Origin: a virus
Lineage: Duplodnaviria > Caudoviricetes
Strand: one strand, 5' to 3'
Length of the DNA: 48,152 nt
IMG/VR virus record: IMGVR_UViG_3300010362_000028
Location: 1 to 48,152 of that record
Part shown: piece by piece, positions 41,587-48,152 of the stretch
Layout of the letters: every line of letters starts with the position of its first letter
How positions within the stretch are numbered: the stretch's first letter is position 1
The notes under the pieces: model-generated
The model's database searches: none
Told to the model about the DNA's origin: nothing
Seen by the model: the letters and a program-made list of their open reading frames with translations, nothing else
Translations under genes and position numbers: made by a program

Positions 41587-43487
41587 TGCCAGCCTACACG
41601 GGAGTCATTCCGGGCGCGCCGGTCGCTCTGACTTCAAAGGATCGGCAGTGGTTGCCTCAATATCTATCCAGCGAGGTGGAGGAGGCGTTGCATGTCCATG
41701 AGTTGAAACTGGAGTGGATAGATGAGTCTAACCGCCTATATCTAGGTGATCCGATCACTGCCCGGAAGACTTTCCCGTGGGACGGTGCTGCGAACCTTGT
41801 AATCCCGCTTGTGGGGATAACGGTCGATTCGATTGTTGCACGCATCATTAATACGATCTTTGCTGTGCAACCGTTCTGGAGCGCGCAGGCCTTGATTAAG
41901 GACCTAGAGCCGGTAGTGCATCCACTTCAGGATTTTATGGAATGGTCCCGCGTGAACGAGCTTGATATGTACGCCGAGGTTCGTTCCTGGATCGTTGAGG
42001 TCGTAAAGCATGGGTGGGCCTACCTTAAGATCTACTGGGAGACGTTTACCCAACGAACCTTCGTGATTAGCCGGGGGGCAGCTAGGCCAACTGACAAGAT
42101 TGTTCGTCGCCCTCAAGTGCAGCATGTCTTGCTGGCGGATATAATCTGCCAGGCAGGCGTCGAGGACGAGCTGGCCCAGGCCGAGTGGATGGCCCATAGG
42201 ATTCGACTGACAGATGGCCAGCTGCGGTGGCGCAAGCACGATAAGGTTTATGATGAGGTTGATAAGATCCTCGCGCACAAGGCTGAGATGACGCCGATGG
42301 AGGAGAAGGTCCTCCAAAACGAGCTGGAGGAGAAGGCTCCTCGGCCACGAGACAAACTGAATACGTTGTATGAAATCTATGCGGACCTGCCTCTGGGGGG
42401 TTCCGATCTCCCAATGCCTGTGATGATAACGTACCACCACGAGACAAAGACCATCGCCCGTTGTGTCTATAACCCGGACATTACGGGCGAGCGGCCTTTT
42501 AAGAAGGGTAAGTTCATAGATCGTGAGGGTAGACGCGATGGGATCGGTATATCACGCCAGCTCGCGCTTCTGCAAGCGGAAATCAGTACGCTCCATAACC
42601 AGCAAGTTGACAACGCCACTCTCGCCAATACACGCTTCTTTGTCGGACGACGTGGTGTTGTTAGAAATGGAACTCGTATTTGGCCAGGAAGATTTCTTAC
42701 CGTGCCGGACCCAGCAAGGGACATTGTTGCCCTTCAAATGGCCGACGTGTACCCCTCAATGCGCCAACTTGAGACATCTTGCCTTGCATATGCTGAGCGT
42801 CGGTCCGGTGTGGCTGACTATCAGCTTGGACGAGAGTCCAACGTCCTGGGCAATCGAGCGACTGCGACAGGTACGCTTGCTCTCATCCAAGAAGGCAACC
42901 GACGATTCGATCTAAACGTTCGGGACGTGCGCGAATGTCTTGGGCAGGTGGGCAAGAAGCTTTTGTTGCTGAACGCACAGTTCCGGCCATCGGGCATGGC
43001 CTATTTTGTTAAGGGCCAGGATGGTGAACTGGTTGAAAATGTGTTTAACTTGCCTGAGGAATTCGTGGCCGATGGTATCGGAATGGAACTGACTGCCTCG
43101 ACCGCGACGATTAACCGGGAGATCGAGAAGCAGGGTCTCCTCGCCATGATGGGCACTTTGACTCAGTACTACCAGCAGCTCCTGCAGATCAGTGGAGTTG
43201 CGATGAACCCCCAGACACCACCACCCGTGCAGCAAATGGCCTTGCAGATGGCCGATGGTGCACGATACTTGATGGCTATGATCGTTCAGACGTATGAGAT
43301 CAGGGCTGTCGACACGTTGCTACCCCCGAGTTTAGCAGACCAGATGGAGTCAGATACCAATGCCAATCCCCCACCAGGTGGAGGCCCTCCGGGAGTCGGT
43401 GGACCGAATACGAACGGAGCCGGAATGGCAAATGCTGTGGGAGTACCTCCTGGAGGCCCGCCAGGGATGCCTCCTGCAGCTGCTTGA
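41586..43487 (+). CDS. Portal protein
   Basis: PWDGAANL.IPL, G.GI...L..LQ.EI..LHNQ..DN, AERRSGV, TATG...L, and a Pro/Gly-rich tail. Positioned after TerL. Confidence 0.85.
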   Translation: MPAYTGVIPGAPVALTSKDRQWLPQYLSSEVEEALHVHELKLEWIDESNRLYLGDPITARKTFPWDGAANLVIPLVGITVDSIVARIINTIFAVQPFWSAQALIKDLEPVVHPLQDFMEWSRVNELDMYAEVRSWIVEVVKHGWAYLKIYWETFTQRTFVISRGAARPTDKIVRRPQVQHVLLADIICQAGVEDELAQAEWMAHRIRLTDGQLRWRKHDKVYDEVDKILAHKAEMTPMEEKVLQNELEEKAPRPRDKLNTLYEIYADLPLGGSDLPMPVMITYHHETKTIARCVYNPDITGERPFKKGKFIDREGRRDGIGISRQLALLQAEISTLHNQQVDNATLANTRFFVGRRGVVRNGTRIWPGRFLTVPDPARDIVALQMADVYPSMRQLETSCLAYAERRSGVADYQLGRESNVLGNRATATGTLALIQEGNRRFDLNVRDVRECLGQVGKKLLLLNAQFRPSGMAYFVKGQDGELVENVFNLPEEFVADGIGMELTASTATINREIEKQGLLAMMGTLTQYYQQLLQISGVAMNPQTPPPVQQMALQMADGARYLMAMIVQTYEIRAVDTLLPPSLADQMESDTNANPPPGGGPPGVGGPNTNGAGMANAVGVPPGGPPGMPPAAA

Positions 43488-43665
43488 TAGCCAGACGTGG
43501 GAACAGTTTCTTGAGAAGCGGGCGGAGATAACAGCGTTAAATCAATTCATCGAATTTGGGGATGTATTGCTGGCGCGCCTGGAACAGGCCCAGCTGGAGG
43601 CACAGACAGATGGCAGAGGACGAGAAGGCGGATACCACGGACGAGACACAGGAGAAGCAGGATGA
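43360..43665 (+). CDS. Small conserved post-portal protein
   Basis: GGAG RBS. Helical, with P.WQ.L..YL...R. Overlaps the portal tail. Confidence 0.6.
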   Translation: MPIPHQVEALRESVDRIRTEPEWQMLWEYLLEARQGCLLQLLDSQTWEQFLEKRAEITALNQFIEFGDVLLARLEQAQLEAQTDGRGREGGYHGRDTGEAG

Positions 43666-44320
43666 TCCTGGCCTTTTAGAGAAGCTAAGTCGTCTCGAGG
43701 CCCAAAACCTTGAGATGCGGGCCGTTACGCAACGTAGCCTCGAAGAAGCTGCGTCTGCGCGGGGCCAGGTCAGTGTTATTCTGGAGCAAATTCAGCGGGC
43801 GGCTGCGGCGGGAGATAAGGGTGCTCAACAGCAAGTAAAAACGTTACGTGACAAGTTCGATGAGGATCCAGTTGCAGCGATGAACGAGCTCGTGACGTTG
43901 AGGGTCGGTCCGATAGTGCAGGAATACTTTGGACGTAGTGCGGATACGGAACGCGAAGCGGCCCGTTTGAAGCATGGTAAGATGTTCGAGAAGTATGCAG
44001 ACGAAGTAGATGACTTTATGAAGGACATGCCCCTTGATGTCAAAGCGAAGGCCGGGAGCTATACCGCGGCCTTGAAGTACGTGCGTTCTCAGCACCTCGA
44101 GGAGGAAGTCGAGGAGGCACGTAAGCAGGAGCGTGAACGTGCTGCCCAACCGGAAGGCGCCTCGCCGGCTGAGGCCGAAAGCAAGAAGGCCCGCCCAATG
44201 TCGAGAGAGGAGCGGGAGATCATGAAGGCTTTCGAGATGGATGAGGACGATTGGTCGAAGTGGGGAACCGCTGATGGGACCAAGCCCAAGAAGGACAAGG
44301 GGCGCAGCAAGGCGGCTTAA
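43610..44320 (+). CDS. Capsid scaffolding protein
   Basis: GGAGG RBS. Acidic coiled coil, FDEDP, and a C-terminal MSREERE...F.M...DW. Confidence 0.75.
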   Translation: MAEDEKADTTDETQEKQDDPGLLEKLSRLEAQNLEMRAVTQRSLEEAASARGQVSVILEQIQRAAAAGDKGAQQQVKTLRDKFDEDPVAAMNELVTLRVGPIVQEYFGRSADTEREAARLKHGKMFEKYADEVDDFMKDMPLDVKAKAGSYTAALKYVRSQHLEEEVEEARKQERERAAQPEGASPAEAESKKARPMSREEREIMKAFEMDEDDWSKWGTADGTKPKKDKGRSKAA

Positions 44321-44321
44321 C

Positions 44322-44774
44322 ATGGGAATTGAGTTCGTTAAGGACGAAGCTGATAAGAAGATGGCGGGTGGCGTGTACGACCCGCTTTTGGTCGAGAATA
44401 AAGACCCGCGATTCCACTATCGGTGGGTTCGTAAGGAACGACTTAACATGGCTCGCAAGCGGGACTTTCTCGGATACGAGATCGTGTCGGGCGGGGCCGA
44501 GACGGGCGTGTGCAAAGACAACACGCCTATGAAGGCGGGTGAGTCGGTGGTGGGACAGGTGGAGGTCGGCGACCTGGTGCTCATGCGGATTCCGAAGGAG
44601 CTGCACGAGGAATACAGGCGGAGGAACAAGGCCAAGATCGACGCTCTTGCAACTGGCGTAACTGCCAGCTTTAAGGCGGCGCTTGGAGGCCGGGGGTTCG
44701 AGGAGCACAAGGACGTGCCGGGCTACGCGGGTAGCGTGACTCGGGACGACGTGGACCTGGAGGATAATCCATGA
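44322..44774 (+). CDS. Conserved head-module protein
   Basis: HYRWVR...GYEIV...GDLVLMRIPKE motif between scaffold and capsid genes. Confidence 0.65.
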   Translation: MGIEFVKDEADKKMAGGVYDPLLVENKDPRFHYRWVRKERLNMARKRDFLGYEIVSGGAETGVCKDNTPMKAGESVVGQVEVGDLVLMRIPKELHEEYRRRNKAKIDALATGVTASFKAALGGRGFEEHKDVPGYAGSVTRDDVDLEDNP

Positions 44775-45205
44775 GACAACTTGAGCAGCAAATGACAGTG
44801 TCGGGCAACAGCCCGCACACTCTGACCTTTCCAGAGGCGGCGGCTCAGACCTTCGAGGTGGGTGAGCCCGTGGTGCTCACGGGTGGAAGCGTGGGGATAG
44901 CCGCGTCGCCAGCTGCTTCGCTGGTGGGCGTGGCAGCTGCGAATGCATCGGGCGTGACGGGTAGGGGTTGCCCAGTCTGGATCGCCAACGATGACACGCT
45001 GTTCGCTATCGTGATGCCTACCGCGACCGCGACTACCATCGGGAGCCTCGTGGTGGTCTCGAAGGCTGCTGGCAAGTGGAGCGCAGCTACAGGTGCTGGT
45101 GGAACTTTCCTGGTGATGGAAGTCGGGCAGTCGCTGCCACCTGGGCAGGTGATTGTGCGCGGGAAGTTCCTTGAAAGCGCCTGCCAGTTGTCGAAGGCGG
45201 CGTAG
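44771..45205 (+). CDS. Capsid decoration/cement protein
   Basis: Small A/G/V-rich beta protein (GEPVVL..G...A...VGVA) directly upstream of the MCP. Confidence 0.6.
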   Translation: MRQLEQQMTVSGNSPHTLTFPEAAAQTFEVGEPVVLTGGSVGIAASPAASLVGVAAANASGVTGRGCPVWIANDDTLFAIVMPTATATTIGSLVVVSKAAGKWSAATGAGGTFLVMEVGQSLPPGQVIVRGKFLESACQLSKAA

Positions 45206-45214
45206 GAGGAGGCG

Positions 45215-46123
45215 ATGGTAAACGTAACTGGTGCATTCAGTTACCTGCTGGCGCCTGGTCTCCGGAAGGTGTTCTTCCAACACCTCGACGAACGGCCCGC
45301 GGAATACAGCAGGATTGCAAACGAGGAGAGGTCCAGCCGGGCGTACGAGGAAGACCTCGAGATCGGCGGCCTCGGAAGCATGCCCATCAAGCCCGAGGGG
45401 CGGGGCATCGTGTATCAAGACTTCCGGCAGGGCGGGAAGAAGCGGTACACTCACCTGACCTATGGACTCGGCTTCCGCGTCACTCTGGAGATGATGGAAG
45501 ACGATCTGTACAACGTTATGAAGAAGAACACCAAGGAGCTTGCGAAGGCGGCTCGGAACGCCCGCGAGGTGGCCTTCTTCAATATGCTGAACAATGGCTT
45601 CACGACTGAGTTTGGGTTCCCAAAGTTCGGGGCAAACGAGGCCCTGTTCTCAGCAATCCATACCAAGTTGGGTGGTGGGACGGGTTCAAACCGGGCGAGC
45701 ACCGACGCCGACCTCTCGCCAACGTCCCTAGAGGCGGCGATCATCTCCTTCGAATCGCTTAGCGATGAGATGGACATTCCGGTAGTTATCAAGCCCAAGC
45801 TTTTGCTGTGCGGGCCGCAGCTGAAGATGACTGCTCGGGAGATCCTTGGTTCGGAGTTCAGGCCGTATACCTCGAACAACGAGATCAATGCGTTGCGCGA
45901 GGAGGGCCTGGACTACATGGTCGGGCACTACATCGTGGATCCGGACAGCTGGTTCCTGCTTGCGGGGAAGGGCGATCATGACTTGAACTTCTTCGAGCGC
46001 CAGGCGACCCGATTCCAAAACGGAGATGACTTCGATTCGGGCGATGCAAAGTTCAAAGCGTTTCAGCGATTCTCGGTGGGCGCTGGCGAGTGGCGCGGCA
46101 TCTACGGAAGCCAGGGTGCCTGA
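45215..46123 (+). CDS. Major capsid protein (Mu gpT-like, HK97 fold)
   Basis: LAPGL, KPEG..I.Y, YTHLTYGLGF.VT.EM.EDDLY, P..LL..P.L...A..IL, D.DSWFL, WRGIYGS.G. Confidence 0.88.
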   Translation: MVNVTGAFSYLLAPGLRKVFFQHLDERPAEYSRIANEERSSRAYEEDLEIGGLGSMPIKPEGRGIVYQDFRQGGKKRYTHLTYGLGFRVTLEMMEDDLYNVMKKNTKELAKAARNAREVAFFNMLNNGFTTEFGFPKFGANEALFSAIHTKLGGGTGSNRASTDADLSPTSLEAAIISFESLSDEMDIPVVIKPKLLLCGPQLKMTAREILGSEFRPYTSNNEINALREEGLDYMVGHYIVDPDSWFLLAGKGDHDLNFFERQATRFQNGDDFDSGDAKFKAFQRFSVGAGEWRGIYGSQGA

Positions 46124-46126
46124 TGT

Positions 46127-46155
46127 CTTGCCCGTTCAACCATTGAACGGGTAGG
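46127..46155 (+). other. Stem-loop after MCP, abutting the next RBS
   Basis: CTTGCCCGTTCAA-CCA-TTGAACGGGTAGG with no U-tract. Confidence 0.6.
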
Positions 46156-46167
46156 AAGGAGGGACAC

Positions 46168-46746
46168 ATGGCCAAAGAACAAACGATTGCTCGGGCATCT
46201 GGGGTGACGTCAGTGGGTAGCGAGGAGTGGCCGTTGGCCACTTTGGTTCTTCGGGGTTTGACCCCGGGGGGAGCTGCCTCGGTTGTTGTCCAGACTCCTG
46301 ACGAGCGATACCGAGAACTATTTATCTCGGGAACTGCGCCGGGCACGCTGCAACATCGGGCAGCTCCTGGTACCGATGAACCGATTCGCACGGCAACTAT
46401 TGGGGGGAACCGGATCCCTAACGCTGCGTTGTGGATCCGTTCTCTTACGCTAAGTCGCCTTGTTATTCCTAAGGATGACACGGGCGTCCAAACAGCACTG
46501 ACGGTGAGTGTGGCTGGGCTTACGCAGATCACGGCAAATCCGACGGGTTTGGATGTGCGTAACGAAAATACTATGGTAATGGGTCATCCATCGAGCCCAG
46601 TGACTAGGGTATGGATTAAGTGCATGCCTGGCAAACCATCTGGCCTTGTCTTGCAAGATATGAATCGCGTTCCGTGGGTCTTCTGGGTGAATGCTTCCGA
46701 CGTGCTGAAAATCACTACGTGGGAAGACTTCCTAATAGGTGCCTAA
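46168..46746 (+). CDS. Hypothetical virion protein
   Basis: AAGGAGG RBS. Beta-rich, after the MCP. Confidence 0.6.
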   Translation: MAKEQTIARASGVTSVGSEEWPLATLVLRGLTPGGAASVVVQTPDERYRELFISGTAPGTLQHRAAPGTDEPIRTATIGGNRIPNAALWIRSLTLSRLVIPKDDTGVQTALTVSVAGLTQITANPTGLDVRNENTMVMGHPSSPVTRVWIKCMPGKPSGLVLQDMNRVPWVFWVNASDVLKITTWEDFLIGA

Positions 46747-46941
46747 GTGGATCCACGTTATCGCATCGAGATAGAGCACGATGGAGAGATGTGGATAGTC
46801 ACGTTCCCAAAGCTTCCGGGCTGCGTCGCTCGCGGATACGATGTTAACGAAGCGATCGACGCAGCGCGGTTTGCCCAGGACGATTACCTCTTGCGATACG
46901 CTGACGCTGAGAGGTGGGGTCGGACCGTGTGGGGTGATTAA
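46747..46941 (+). CDS. hicB: Orphan HicB-like antitoxin domain
   Basis: Y.I.IE.D...[22 protein letters not shown]...YL. No HicA partner and no DNA-binding domain. Confidence 0.75.
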   Translation: MDPRYRIEIEHDGEMWIVTFPKLPGCVARGYDVNEAIDAARFAQDDYLLRYADAERWGRTVWGD

Positions 46942-48152
46942 TGCCAAGTGACAATTCAGCGGGTACTGGTTCCGTTGTAGAAGTTCTGCCACGCTTGCGT
47001 TTTGAGCGGGAGCTACCTGACTGGTCACGAGCCCTGATAGATGATCTCAGTATTCGGTTCGGCAAGCTCAAGAAGGCAGGTGGGGTGCCAGGGCCTGCGG
47101 GTCCTCCCGGGCCACAGGGGCCTGAAGGCCCTGCGTCTACGGTCCCGGGGCCACAAGGTCCCCAGGGCCCGGCGGGACCAACTGGATCGACCGGCGCGCA
47201 GGGTCCGCCAGGTATACAAGGTCCTGCAGGTGCTACTGGTGCGCAGGGTCCACAGGGTGATCCAGGCCTAACTGGCGCGACGGGCGCGCAAGGACCGCAA
47301 GGCGTACCGGGGCCTACGGGGCCAACGGGTCCAGCGGGGGCTGATTCGACGGTCCCTGGGCCACAGGGTCCGCAAGGAGCAACTGGTGCTACTGGCCCGC
47401 AAGGCGATCCTGGTCCTACTGGACCACAGGGAGCCAAGGGTGATACGGGCGCGCAGGGCGCGCAAGGTATCCCCGGTACGACTGGAGCGCAAGGGCCGGC
47501 GGGGCCGGGCGTGCCAACAGGCGGGGCGACAGGCACGGTCTTAAGCAAGACGAGTGCTGCGGATTACGCGACGGCATGGGTGACGCCAGCTAGCGGTGTG
47601 ATAATTGGGTCGTCGGCGCCTGCATCACCGCAGGTGGGTAACCTCTGGTGGCGCAGCGATCCCGATCAGAGCCTCTACGTCTACTACGACGACGGGAACA
47701 GCCAGCAGTGGGTGAGTGCAACGCCGACTGGGCTTACCGGGCCGGCTGGGGGCGACCTAGTGGGCTCGACCTACCCAAACCCGGTCGTCGCGGCTGGGAA
47801 AATCACCTGGCCAAAGCTCTCGCTGCAGATGTATTGTCGAATATCGCGGATCACGAACCAATCAATCCCTAACGCAACGAATACTGCCATCATCTGGGAT
47901 GAGATTACAGAGGGCGTTGGTGGCATGACGCCAGCTGCCGGCGGCACGGTGGTTACCATTCAACAAGCGGGCTTCTACCTCATGGCTGCTCATGTCTCGT
48001 TTGCTGGGAGCACGGGGGGAAGTGTGCGACGCATGTCGATTGTCCGGAGCGGGCCCTACATGCCGACCGTGCAGGACCTCCCGCAAGGCGCATCGATGGG
48101 CGCCATGTCGTGTAGTGCCATGATGACACTCGCGGCTGGCGCGACTATCGGC
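46941..48152 (+). CDS. Collagen-like tail fibre with C1q/TNF-like C-terminal domain (runs off the window, missing from the ORF track)
   Basis: TAATG-coupled ATG and 404 open codons. About 45 Gly-X-Y triplets, then GVPTGG.TG.VL.K, G.LWW....[39 protein letters not shown]. Confidence 0.85.
   Translation, partial: MPSDNSAGTGSVVEVLPRLRFERELPDWSRALIDDLSIRFGKLKKAGGVPGPAGPPGPQGPEGPASTVPGPQGPQGPAGPTGSTGAQGPPGIQGPAGATGAQGPQGDPGLTGATGAQGPQGVPGPTGPTGPAGADSTVPGPQGPQGATGATGPQGDPGPTGPQGAKGDTGAQGAQGIPGTTGAQGPAGPGVPTGGATGTVLSKTSAADYATAWVTPASGVIIGSSAPASPQVGNLWWRSDPDQSLYVYYDDGNSQQWVSATPTGLTGPAGGDLVGSTYPNPVVAAGKITWPKLSLQMYCRISRITNQSIPNATNTAIIWDEITEGVGGMTPAAGGTVVTIQQAGFYLMAAHVSFAGSTGGSVRRMSIVRSGPYMPTVQDLPQGASMGAMSCSAMMTLAAGATIG

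Noticed and set aside
46844-47548. 234-aa minus-strand Gly/Pro ORF
   Set aside because: It is the antisense shadow of the plus-strand collagen repeat, which has a coupled start and fits the operon.
1-48152. Alternative genetic code, tRNA genes, integrase/att site
   Set aside because: Core genes are intact under the standard code and end in TAA, TAG and TGA. No cloverleaf with T-loop consensus and no recombinase motif was recognised.

Overview
The window reads as an essentially complete, circularly permuted genome of about 48 kb from a tailed, podovirus-type bacteriophage. I found no integrase, repressor, tRNA, CRISPR array or recognisable primase. There are two divergent arms around a non-coding control region at about 30.5-32.1 kb. 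The minus-strand arm (30.5 to 13.4 kb) carries many small early genes, then a PD-(D/E)XK nuclease, a Sak4-like ATPase, an SSB-like protein, a ParB-methyltransferase fusion, a UDG-fused family A DNA polymerase, a DUF3987-type ATPase and a stand-alone sigma70 region-4 protein. The plus-strand arm (32.1 kb through the window end and on to 13.4 kb) carries lysis genes, TerS, a C5 methyltransferase, TerL, portal, scaffold, capsid, fibres, adaptor, nozzle, two GNATs, a 2OG-Fe(II) oxygenase and ejection proteins. The most notable observations are: (1) near-consensus sigma54 (-24/-12) promoters at the heads of the replication and virion operons, with no enhancer-binding activator encoded; (2) Cys-rich fibre-like proteins carrying Sec signal peptides; (3) a C5 methyltransferase whose second subunit is nested in another frame of the first; (4) recurrent triple-hairpin cassettes in the early operon; (5) a dispersed C-rich/G-rich hairpin element present three times; and (6) a long inverted repeat around an AT-rich core. 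All product calls come from motif recognition by eye, without database searches.
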